From contig CAYNNZ010000003.1 of assembly GCA_964398815.1 (NCBI GenBank), positions 6,676 to 70,675 of the forward strand: a DNA stretch of 64,000 bases. Direction: 5' to 3'. The DNA is from an uncultured Candidatus Saccharibacteria bacterium (GTDB taxonomy: Bacteria; Patescibacteriota; Minisyncoccia; Phycocordibacterales; Phycocordibacteraceae). Shown in pieces: positions 1-9,394 of the stretch. Positions within the stretch are counted from its first letter, which is position 1, and every line of letters starts with the position of its first letter. The notes beneath the pieces are model-generated. The model was not told where the DNA came from, ran no database searches, and saw nothing but the letters and a program-made list of their open reading frames with translations. Position numbers and translations under genes: made by a program.

Positions 1-3
1 GAC

Positions 4-381
4 GTGGTGGGTATTGTCGCGCGAGCGGCATTCGGCGAACCGGTGGGCGCGTATGAGGTGTTCAACATCTGTCCTCCAGGCCCCGCAGTGCTGGCTCCTG
101 ATATGGCGCGAGCAGTAGGGAAGAAGCTCCTCCCGGTAGCTCCGTGGATGCTCCGCATTGGGTACTTCTTCGCGTGGCATCTTTCTCGCGGAAAGATTCC
201 TACCGCGCGCGGTGCATGGAAGGGGTATTCATACCCAATTGCGGTAGATGGGTCCAAAGTTACGAGACTGCTGGGCTACGAGTATCGCTACGGAAGCTTC
301 GACGCGTTCTACTACACCGACGGCGTCTATGAATACGCTGTCCCGCCGGCTGCTCGGCGTCCTAAGCCCCATGGTAATTAA
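4..381 (+). CDS. C-terminal fragment of an NAD-dependent epimerase/dehydratase-family protein (5' end outside window)
   Basis: Open frame from the window edge; C-terminal composition resembles the SDR/epimerase C-terminal subdomain. The stop overlaps the folD start by 11 nt. Confidence 0.35.
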   Translation: MVGIVARAAFGEPVGAYEVFNICPPGPAVLAPDMARAVGKKLLPVAPWMLRIGYFFAWHLSRGKIPTARGAWKGYSYPIAVDGSKVTRLLGYEYRYGSFDAFYYTDGVYEYAVPPAARRPKPHGN

Positions 382-1195
382 TGGACGTGAGGCAGCGAAA
401 GAGATACTCACCAAGGTCCGCGAAGATATCGCGGACCTTGGGCATGAGCCCATTGTGCGTGCCATCGTGCTACAACCGTCTGCTGCTACCGAATCCTATC
501 TTTCTATAAAGGAGCGCCGTGCTCGAGAAGCGGGTATGTACTTGGAACTCGTGCGACTTGAAGACGACGCGACGACGGAACAGGTACTCGAGAAAATTGC
601 GCTGCCTGGTGCTGACGCCATCATCGTCCAGTTGCCTCTGCCGAGCTCGGTGGATCAAGAACGCATCCTGAATGCTATTCCGCTTGCGTGCGATGCGGAC
701 GTGCTCTCGCATGAAGCACATGCACGGTTTGAGGCAGGAGAGGAGGGTGCGCTTCTTCCGCCCGTGGTGGCTGCGGTCAAAGAAGTACTGGAACGCTCGA
801 ATGTAATGCCCGCCGGCAAGACTGCGGTCGTGGTGGGGAAGGGGTGGCTTGTAGGCGAGCCGGTCGCTACCTGGCTCTCTGCACAGGGTGCGCAGGTCAC
901 GAGCATTACACGTGAGGCTGGGGACCTGTCCTCACTGCTTGGTGCCGACATTATCGTTTCTGGTGCAGGAAGTCCGGGGCTCATTCGCCCAGAGCACCTG
1001 TCCCCGGGCGTAACGCTCATTGATGCCGGTACCGCCGAATCAGGGGGCGCTATCGTCGGAGACGCAGATCCAGCCTGCGCGACAGTGGCCTCCGTATTCA
1101 CTCCAGTACCCGGTGGAGTAGGGCCCATGGCGGTTGCCTGCCTCTTCAGGAACGCCGCAATCCTTGCCAAACGGAACCGTTTGCAGGCACCCTAA
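371..1195 (+). CDS. folD: Bifunctional methylenetetrahydrofolate dehydrogenase/cyclohydrolase FolD
   Basis: The ORF 248-1195 contains the FolD signature ...TPVPGGVGPMAVACLFRN... and a Rossmann GKTAVVVG motif. The most plausible start is ATG 371 (MVINGREAAKEIL), overlapping the upstream stop. Confidence 0.85.
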   Translation: MVINGREAAKEILTKVREDIADLGHEPIVRAIVLQPSAATESYLSIKERRAREAGMYLELVRLEDDATTEQVLEKIALPGADAIIVQLPLPSSVDQERILNAIPLACDADVLSHEAHARFEAGEEGALLPPVVAAVKEVLERSNVMPAGKTAVVVGKGWLVGEPVATWLSAQGAQVTSITREAGDLSSLLGADIIVSGAGSPGLIRPEHLSPGVTLIDAGTAESGGAIVGDADPACATVASVFTPVPGGVGPMAVACLFRNAAILAKRNRLQAP

Positions 1196-1217
1196 AAAGC
1201 CGTATAGTAAGGCCACT

Positions 1218-2531
1218 ATGCGATTTATACCTGCGCTCGGCGTACTCATCATCGCCGGACTTATCGGCTGGTTCGTCCTCACTACTAACGGTGCTGACTC
1301 AAAGTTTGGCGTAAAGCTGGGTCTCGACCTCGCGGGAGGCACTGAACTTATCTACAAGGCAGATACTGCCGCAGTTGAAGGCGATAAGCAGGGCGCGCTC
1401 GCGTCACTCCGCGATGTCATCGAGCGCCGCGTGAACCTCTTCGGCGTGGCGGAACCGCTCGTGCAGCTTGAGAAATCGAGTGCCGTCGCCGGTGAGCAGG
1501 AAAACCGTCTCCTCGTCGAACTTCCGGGTGTCACGGACGTAAAGGCAGCAGTCGATGCTATCGGCAAGACGCCGACCCTCGAATTCAAATTGGTGGGGGA
1601 CGCAACCGGCTCAACGACCGAATACATTACCACCGGACTCACGGGCCGCTACATTAAGAATGCGGAATTGCAGTTCGGTTCTGGGCAGAGCGGTAGCACC
1701 GCGGCGGGTGCTCCTATCGTGGTCATCCACTTCAATGACGAAGGTACGAAACTGTTCGGAGAGATTACTGCACAGAACGTCGGAAAGCAGCTCGCCATTT
1801 TCCTCGATGGCGTATCCATCTCGGAGCCGGTCATCCAGGAAGCGATAACCGGTGGCACGGCTACTATCACGGGCAAGTTCACGCCGACCGAGGGACGCGA
1901 CCTGGTACGCAACCTCAACTTCGGCGCCCTCCCGGTGCCTATTGAGCTCGCGTCGAGCAATACGGCGGGACCATCCCTTGGAGCAAGTGCATTTACCTCA
2001 GGTCTTACGGCGAGCGCTATCGGCTTTCTGTTGGTCGCACTCTTCATGATTCTCTGGTACCGCCTCCCAGGCCTTCTTGCGACTGTTGCGCTCGTTATCT
2101 ATCTCATCATCACCATCGCACTCATTAAGGTCGTGCCCATCACGCTTACTGCGTCCGGCATTGCAGCACTCATCCTGTCTATCGGTATGGCAGTGGACGC
2201 GAACGTCCTTATCTTTGAGCGCATGAAGGAGGAGCTGCGTCACGGAAAGGATGCGCATGACGCGGTGAAAACCGGATTCGCTCGCGCATGGCCTGCTATC
2301 CGCGACGGTCACCTCACGATGATTATCTCGAGCATCATCCTGTTCTGGATGGGCACCTCTATCGTGCAAGGCTTCGCGCTCGTCTTCGGTTTCGGCGTTA
2401 TCGTGTCGCTCATCTCGGCAGTCTTCATTACTCGCGTGTTCCTGCTCGCGATAATTCCTGAAAAGGCAGCCGGGGGAGCATGGAACTTCCTGCTTTCGAC
2501 GGGACTTCGATTTAACGCAGTAAAGAAATAG
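1218..2531 (+). CDS. secD: Protein translocase subunit SecD
   Basis: N-terminal TM anchor MRFIPALGVLIIAGL, a periplasmic domain and a C-terminal 6-TM RND-like bundle. It is immediately followed by secF. Start chosen at internal ATG 1218 of ORF 1134-2531. Confidence 0.85.
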   Translation: MRFIPALGVLIIAGLIGWFVLTTNGADSKFGVKLGLDLAGGTELIYKADTAAVEGDKQGALASLRDVIERRVNLFGVAEPLVQLEKSSAVAGEQENRLLVELPGVTDVKAAVDAIGKTPTLEFKLVGDATGSTTEYITTGLTGRYIKNAELQFGSGQSGSTAAGAPIVVIHFNDEGTKLFGEITAQNVGKQLAIFLDGVSISEPVIQEAITGGTATITGKFTPTEGRDLVRNLNFGALPVPIELASSNTAGPSLGASAFTSGLTASAIGFLLVALFMILWYRLPGLLATVALVIYLIITIALIKVVPITLTASGIAALILSIGMAVDANVLIFERMKEELRHGKDAHDAVKTGFARAWPAIRDGHLTMIISSIILFWMGTSIVQGFALVFGFGVIVSLISAVFITRVFLLAIIPEKAAGGAWNFLLSTGLRFNAVKK

Positions 2532-2534
2532 CCT

Positions 2535-3443
2535 ATGTTCGTAGTCACACATCGCACATTCTTCTTCTGGCTCACGGGGCTACTCCTGGTCGCTTCTATC
2601 GCAGCGCTCGTCATCATTCCGCCCCAGCTTTCTATCGAGTTCACTGGTGGCTCCCTCATCGAGGTTGCCTACGATAATGGTCGCCCGTCGCATGACGAAT
2701 TGGTTGCGCGCGTCGCATCGCTCAATTATGGCGAGCCGTCCGTACGCGAAAGCGGCGAGAACGGCGTGACCGTCCGCACCAAGACGCTTACTCCGGAAGA
2801 GCATGTCGCGCTCACTGCTGCACTCTCAGCGAACGGCGCTGAAAAGATTACCGAGCTCCGCTCGAACTCCATCGGTCCGTCGCTCGGTAATGAGCTTGCA
2901 GTAAAGGCGCTTTACGCTATTGGCGCGGTCATCCTCGCCATCATGCTCTATATCGCGTTCGTATTCCGCAAGGTCGCGAAGCCGGTTCCGTCATGGGGCT
3001 ACGGCATCACCGCGGTCGCCATGCTCATCATCGACATCATCGTGCCGTCTGGCTTCTTCGCAGTGTATGCGTACTACACCGGAGCGCAGGTGGATACGCT
3101 CGTGATTCTTGCTCTGCTCACGCTTCTTGGATACTGCATCAATGACGTCATCGTTATTTTCGACCGTGTCCGCGAGCACCTTACGCGCAACGAGAAGACC
3201 GGCACCAAGCAGCCATTCGAAGAGGTTGTGGGTCGCTCCATCACTGAAACGCTCGGTCGTTCCATTAACACCGCGCTCACGGTTGCGCTCGCACTCATCG
3301 CACTCATTGTGGTCGGTAGCGAAACCACCCGCACCTTCGCTATCGTGATGTTGGTCGGTGTCGTCGCAGGTACGTTCTCCTCCATCTGCCGCTCTGCGCC
3401 GCTTCTCATCCCAATTGCGCAGCTCGCGCAGAAGAATAAATAG
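2535..3443 (+). CDS. secF: Protein translocase subunit SecF
   Basis: SecF-like TM topology (…IEFTGGSLIEV… then 6 TM). Starts 4 nt after the secD stop. Confidence 0.85.
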   Translation: MFVVTHRTFFFWLTGLLLVASIAALVIIPPQLSIEFTGGSLIEVAYDNGRPSHDELVARVASLNYGEPSVRESGENGVTVRTKTLTPEEHVALTAALSANGAEKITELRSNSIGPSLGNELAVKALYAIGAVILAIMLYIAFVFRKVAKPVPSWGYGITAVAMLIIDIIVPSGFFAVYAYYTGAQVDTLVILALLTLLGYCINDVIVIFDRVREHLTRNEKTGTKQPFEEVVGRSITETLGRSINTALTVALALIALIVVGSETTRTFAIVMLVGVVAGTFSSICRSAPLLIPIAQLAQKNK

Positions 3444-3445
3444 CC

Positions 3446-3991
3446 ATGCTGATAGGCATCACCGGAACCAACGGAGCAGGGAAGGGGGCGGTGGTGGAAT
3501 ATCTCGTCGCCTCGAAAGGATTCTCTCGCTATTCCGGACGCTCGATTATTCTGGAGGCTATGACTGCGCGCGGACTTCCGGCAAAGCGGGGTGCAATGCG
3601 CGACGTGGCGAATGAGCTGCGTAAGGAGCATGGACCTGCGTACATTATCGAGAAGCTTTATGAAATGGCGAAGGACGACACGAATGCCGTGCTCGAATCC
3701 GTACGAACCATCGGGGAAGCAGAATATCTGAAAGAAAAAGGCGCGCGCATCATTGCGGTTGATGCAGATAAGCAGACACGCTACGAGCGCGTTGCGTCGA
3801 TGAATCATGACGAGGAGCCGCTTTCATTCCAGGACTTCATGATTATGGAGGAGCGCGAGATGGCGTCGTCCGAACCGTGGGACATGAATGTCTTCGGTGT
3901 CATGCAGATGGCGGACGCTCGGGTGATGAATGATGGTACGCTCGAGGAACTGCATGCAAAAATCGACGAAGCGCTCGCGAGTTTTAAATAG
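3446..3991 (+). CDS. P-loop nucleoside/nucleotide kinase-family protein (paralog 1)
   Basis: Walker A GITGTNGAGKG (adenylate-kinase-like GxGKG), about 180 aa, kinase-like C-terminus NDGTLEELHAKIDEAL. Specificity cannot be assigned from sequence. Confidence 0.5.
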   Translation: MLIGITGTNGAGKGAVVEYLVASKGFSRYSGRSIILEAMTARGLPAKRGAMRDVANELRKEHGPAYIIEKLYEMAKDDTNAVLESVRTIGEAEYLKEKGARIIAVDADKQTRYERVASMNHDEEPLSFQDFMIMEEREMASSEPWDMNVFGVMQMADARVMNDGTLEELHAKIDEALASFK

Positions 3992-3993
3992 TC

Positions 3994-4542
3994 ATGATTA
4001 TTGGGTTAACAGGGTCCTTTGGGGCGGGGAAAGGGACAGTGGTTGAGTATTTACTCCAAAAAGGATTCAAGCATTACTCGGCCAGCGGTTTTATAACTGA
4101 AGAAATTGTCCGCCGTGGCATGCCGGTGGATCGCGACTCAATGATTATTGTCGCAAACGACTTACGTGCTCAACACAGCCCTTCATACATTATTGATTCG
4201 CTCTATGCGCGCGCCGTTGAGGAGGGTGGCGATGCGATTATTGAATCGCTACGCGCGGTCGCAGAAGTGCGTCGCATCAAAGAACTGGGCGGGACTGTGC
4301 TCGGGGTTGATGCTGACCCGCAGATACGATATGAGCGTGCGTTCGCTCGAGGAAGCGAAAAGGACAATGTGCCATTTGAAAAGTGGATTGAGCAAGAACA
4401 GAAGGAGTCGAATACAGAGGACCCGACTAAACAAAATATCTTTGGTGCACTGAGGGAATCAGATGCAATCGTGACCAATAATGGAACCCTCGAAGAGCTC
4501 CATCAGCAGGTAGACGCCGCTCTCGCGCAGGTTACGAAATAA
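3994..4542 (+). CDS. P-loop nucleoside/nucleotide kinase-family protein (paralog 2, tandem duplicate)
   Basis: IIGLTGSFGAGKGT Walker A; about 35-40% identical to the upstream paralog over the full length (…NNGTLEELHQQVDAAL). Confidence 0.5.
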   Translation: MIIGLTGSFGAGKGTVVEYLLQKGFKHYSASGFITEEIVRRGMPVDRDSMIIVANDLRAQHSPSYIIDSLYARAVEEGGDAIIESLRAVAEVRRIKELGGTVLGVDADPQIRYERAFARGSEKDNVPFEKWIEQEQKESNTEDPTKQNIFGALRESDAIVTNNGTLEELHQQVDAALAQVTK

Positions 4543-5227
4543 CGGTTCCGACGAACGGCTCACCGCTCACATACTTCTCGAATTCCTCGAGCTTTCCGCC
4601 ATTGATGATGGCGACCTCCATGTGATTTGCCTGTGCTTCGCGTGCAGCGACCGGGTCGAATGGGGAAGAGAGGCCAGGGTCCCATTCTTTCGGAATAAGC
4701 TCACGAAAATCAGTCCACCCTATCTGTTCAATCTTTGTCGCGTTCGGATCCTTCTTTGGATCGGCCGTATACACGTAGTCGATATTAGAAAGATTGACCA
4801 TTTTCTTTGCACCGAGATGCTTCGCGGCCATAGCGGCGCAGTAGTCAGTAGACCAGCCCGGCTTCCAGCCTGCGCCGATAATGATGGAGTCCTTGCCGCG
4901 CAAAGACCGGCCGTAATTCTTTACGATTCGAGCTTGCGCTTGCTCAATGAAAAGCGCGCGCATGAGATGCGCATTCAAACGAGTGGAATGTATGCCGAGC
5001 CAGTCGACATCTTCGCGGCTGAGACCGCCACGTACAGCCTCTGCCGACTGCTGATAACGGCGAGCGGTTTTGCCGCCGCCCGTGATGATGAAAAAGGAGA
5101 AGCCCTCGCCCACTTTGCGGAGAATGAGTTCGCGGAAGCGCTTCAGGAATTCGGTGTCTATTTGGTCGGGAACGATTAAAGACCCTCCCACGGACACGAC
5201 GATGTATTCTCGCTTACTGCGTAGCAT
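4532..5227 (-). CDS. pyrH: UMP kinase, archaeal-type (amino-acid-kinase fold)
   Basis: YIVVSVGGSLIV … FFIITGGGKTARRY … IHSTRLNAHLM motifs. ORF is 4532-5287; start placed at internal ATG 5227 (MLRSKREYIVV), but 5263 or 5287 are also possible. Confidence 0.65.
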   Translation of the reverse strand: MLRSKREYIVVSVGGSLIVPDQIDTEFLKRFRELILRKVGEGFSFFIITGGGKTARRYQQSAEAVRGGLSREDVDWLGIHSTRLNAHLMRALFIEQAQARIVKNYGRSLRGKDSIIIGAGWKPGWSTDYCAAMAAKHLGAKKMVNLSNIDYVYTADPKKDPNATKIEQIGWTDFRELIPKEWDPGLSSPFDPVAAREAQANHMEVAIINGGKLEEFEKYVSGEPFVGTVIS

Positions 5228-5467
5228 TGAAGTAGATAGCAAAGCTTGACGGCTATCATTCATTTTACGCGCTAGGGGAGGGAACACAACTTGTGGAAAG
5301 CTTTTTTCATCTCGTAATCCGCTCCTAACTTGAGGAGATTGACATTTAAGATTATATGTGTTAGTTTGTGTACGGAGCTCTAACTATCGCGCTTCGTACA
5401 CCCAACCCTGTTCACGAACAATCCTGATAATGAAGGACCTCGCTGAGCACTACGTTAGGAGATACCC

Positions 5468-6598
5468 ATGGCCGATGGCCAGCTTGAAATCGAAAAAACC
5501 AACAAAGCCCCTGCGGGCGAGTTCAGGGTGGTCACCCATGACCAAACCTCCTCGGCCGCGGAAGGCAACGACTGGTGGCATGACGGGGACTTCAACTCCT
5601 CCCAAGCCGCGCTCGCGCACCTGGAGGGCATGGAGCCCAGCAGCTTCGTGACCTGCGTCTACGACGACGCCGGCGAGATGCTCTTCCAGCGCTACGCGGA
5701 TGGCGATGTTACCGACATGCGCGCGCCGCAGTTCAATCTGCGTCGCCAACTGGAGGCCATCGCCGCGCGTCAGTCCATGATGCTGATGGGCGTGCATTTC
5801 GACGAAGAAACCTTCACGGTGACCTTCCCGGAAGAGCCCTGTTTCGCCATGAACAAAGCCGGCCGGCGGGCGCTCGAACGGGGTCAGACTCTCGACCCCA
5901 GTCTCTGGCGCTGGGCGGCGGGCGGCGGGCTGATGATTCTCGACTGCCTGGACGTCTCCGCCGCGCTGGTTCGCTACCGCGACAAGGGCGCTCCCTCTCA
6001 CGGGGACACCTATACGCCCGGCTCCGGCCTGGCCAGTTCGGTCGACGATATGGTGAATCTTCCCAAGCTCGCCCTGCGCGAGCTCGGCGAAGAAACGCCG
6101 TTCGCCGGTCCCAATGGCCTCATCGTTCCCGTGCTCGGCGACGCCGAACTCGATGCGGTGATGTTCTCGGCCATCGGCAGCGCGCGTTCGATCATCCGCG
6201 ACTATCAACTGGATGATCCGTTCCGCGACAAATTCGAAACGGCCCCGGCCGCGTTCATGCCGCTGTCTGACGAACGCGAAATCACCATCACGTCCGTGTA
6301 CTCGGACCTGGAGGTGAAGCATCGCGGCCTCATCGTCGTCGATCGGAATACGCGCGGCATCGACTTTCTGAAGGTGCTCCGCGTTCAGGTTTCGTACAAC
6401 CTCGATGAGCTGCAGGTGTTCGACGGCGAGGAAGCGGGCGGCAAGTCCCTGAACTCGATCGTCGGCGCCCTGCGTGTCGATGGCAATCGCCTCGTGCCCG
6501 AATTTGTCCAGGCGTGGCAGGGCGGCAAAACCGTCCCCGCCAGCTTCGACAAACGAGCGGCGCCGGTGCTGCAGGCTTTGTTCAACGCCCTCGATTAG
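5468..6598 (+). CDS. Hypothetical protein in a GC-rich (~65%) gene with atypical codon usage
   Basis: 376-aa ORF with GC3-rich codons (CTG/GCC/GGC), unlike its neighbours. Canonical SD AGGAGA lies 6 nt upstream. No recognisable domain. A terminator hairpin follows. Confidence 0.55.
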   Translation: MADGQLEIEKTNKAPAGEFRVVTHDQTSSAAEGNDWWHDGDFNSSQAALAHLEGMEPSSFVTCVYDDAGEMLFQRYADGDVTDMRAPQFNLRRQLEAIAARQSMMLMGVHFDEETFTVTFPEEPCFAMNKAGRRALERGQTLDPSLWRWAAGGGLMILDCLDVSAALVRYRDKGAPSHGDTYTPGSGLASSVDDMVNLPKLALRELGEETPFAGPNGLIVPVLGDAELDAVMFSAIGSARSIIRDYQLDDPFRDKFETAPAAFMPLSDEREITITSVYSDLEVKHRGLIVVDRNTRGIDFLKVLRVQVSYNLDELQVFDGEEAGGKSLNSIVGALRVDGNRLVPEFVQAWQGGKTVPASFDKRAAPVLQALFNALD

Positions 6599-6610
6599 GG
6601 CATCAGCTTA

Positions 6611-6650
6611 CGGGCCCCTTCGCGCTTGCGCGGAGGGGCCTGATCTTTTG
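6611..6650 (+). terminator. Rho-independent terminator after the GC-rich gene
   Basis: GGCCCCTTCGCGC-TT-GCGCGGAGGGGCC stem of 13 bp with one G-U, followed by TGATCTTTTG. Confidence 0.6.
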
Positions 6651-6672
6651 TATATAGGCCGTTTTACAGCGC

Positions 6673-6701
6673 TTGACCTTATTTTATGGCTCATATACTA
6701 T
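6673..6701 (+). promoter_or_regulatory. Candidate sigma70-type promoter of the 16S rRNA gene
   Basis: TTGACC (6673-6678) and TATACT/TACTAT (6694-6701) with 15-17 nt spacing, about 160 nt upstream of the 16S 5' end. A leader hairpin CTCCGCAAC-AAGGTG-TTGCGGAG lies at 6789-6811. Confidence 0.4.
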
Positions 6702-6858
6702 GTGCCTATCGCCCTTTTTTAAGGGCGGGCTAGTTTTTACGCTGTGTATTGAGCAGCGGAGACCCTTGAAATATGAATAGTTTGTCAACTCCGCAACAAG
6801 GTGTTGCGGAGGTAAGGTAGTGAACAAAGAAATCATTTCTTGTGTTCCGCCTATTCTT

Positions 6859-8320
<1,462 letters not shown>

Positions 8321-8356
8321 CGAGATCTTCGAAAGAAGACTCTTGTCGATCTGTTC

Positions 8357-8408
8357 GTGTGCGAGATGGTGAGTCGGTCCTCGGACAGACTCACCATCTC
8401 GCACACGA
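8357..8408 (+). ncRNA. Long perfect hairpin (24-bp stem) in the 16S 3' trailer, copy 1
   Basis: GTGTGCGAGATGGTGAGTCGGTCC-TC-GGACAGACTCACCATCTCGCACAC. Shares the core GGTGAGTC.GTCCTCGGAC.GACTCACC with copy 2. Confidence 0.6.
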
Positions 8409-8549
8409 CAGGGGAGATGACTGTCGTCCCTAAACGCAGTCCGAATGCCAGATAACGTTGCTGGTGACCAGTGTGGAGGCGCTCAATTGACGCCTTCACG
8501 GTCGAATAGGCGGAACACAAGAGCAGATTTCTTAAACCTTACATACAAA

Positions 8550-8612
8550 GAGCGCCCTGTGGTGAGTCAGTCCTCGGACGGACTCACCACAGGGCGCTTT
8601 TGCGTTATGCGA
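8550..8612 (+). terminator. Hairpin copy 2 plus U-tract, acting as a rho-independent terminator after 16S
   Basis: AGCGCCCTGTGGTGAGTCAGTCC-TC-GGACGGACTCACCACAGGGCGCT followed by TTTTGCGTTAT. The outer stem differs from copy 1 but pairing is preserved (covariation). Confidence 0.55.
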
Positions 8613-8942
8613 ATGTGGGCTCTGATGTGCCTATAAGTTCTTCCGCGAGCCTGCGCACGGCGCGGCGCCAGATGCGCGCCTTGCGGCGATGCCGCTTAAG
8701 TTTGTCTTCAATACTAGAGATGCGCTGCACGTACACTTTTCTTGATTCTCGGGTGGTACCCCGATGCGCACCATGGGTGTTTCTCATACGGCAAAAAAGA
8801 AAATAGCGGCCCGAAGCCGCATTCACGTTCTGCTATGTCGCTAGTAATGAGGTATCTCATCAACCCCTTCAGTATACCGACACAAAATGAAGGGAAATTG
8901 AAGTGGGTGGGGATTTCTGGTACTATCCGGGAGTTCGCAGAC

Positions 8943-9018
8943 GCATGCTTAGCTCAGTTGGTAGAGCACTCGACTGATACTCGAGCGGTCCTAGGTTCGA
9001 ATCCTAGAGCATGCACCA
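8943..9018 (+). tRNA. tRNA-Ile (anticodon GAU), CCA encoded
   Basis: Manual cloverleaf: acceptor GCATGCT/AGCATGC, D-arm GCTC-AGTTGGTA-GAGC, anticodon arm CTCGA-CTGATAC-TCGAG (U33, GAT, A37), variable loop CGGTC, T-arm CTAGG-TTCGAAT-CCTAG, discriminator A, CCA. Total 76 nt. Confidence 0.9.
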
Positions 9019-9394
9019 TGGGGATTGAAAGTCACGGATTTAAGCCTACGCACATCGATTTGGGTCCCGCTAAGCAGGAGACTACCCAGACGACGGGTGT
9101 ACTGACTGACTACAGCCCTGAAGAGATAACTCGACTTGAAAACGGAGCGCTGAATCTAGTGAATGGGGGATGGACTCACAATTTTGAGCACCCAGTCTTC
9201 AAAGATATGCCTGCACCGCTTGAAGCGGTAGTGCGCGCAGCAGCACTGCCAACAGCGACTACGACTGATAAACAGGCAGCAGCACGCGCGCTCGAGAAAC
9301 GTTGGGATGAGCTGTTTGATGCGGGCGTGGACGTCTAGCCGCTAATACCCAGTCGCTACGAGTATGGCCGCCCGAAGCGGCTATACTTATTTAT

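Noticed and set aside
655-1170. 171-aa minus-strand ORF
   Set aside because: Antisense to folD, which carries unmistakable FolD motifs.
5450-6322. 290-aa minus-strand ORF
   Set aside because: Antisense to the GC-rich gene 5468-6598. Long antisense open frames are expected in 65% GC, GC3-biased DNA. The product is Arg/Gly/His-rich low-complexity.
8605-8826. 73-aa highly basic ORF on the minus strand next to the 16S (checked for similarity to ribosomal proteins S21/L35)
   Set aside because: No convincing motif match to small ribosomal proteins. It overlaps the 16S terminator hairpin, and its basic composition is explained by the complementary strand of a GC-rich spacer.
8742-9338. 198-aa plus-strand ORF
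   Set aside because: It runs straight through the tRNA-Ile gene (8943-9018) and the rRNA trailer. No SD or promoter context is present, so it is taken as a spurious read-through frame.
9020-9394. Searched for a 23S or 5S start or additional tRNA (for example tRNA-Ala) after tRNA-Ile
   Set aside because: No rRNA landmark sequences and no second cloverleaf (no additional GGTTCGAATCC-type T-arm). The region is followed directly by a protein gene.
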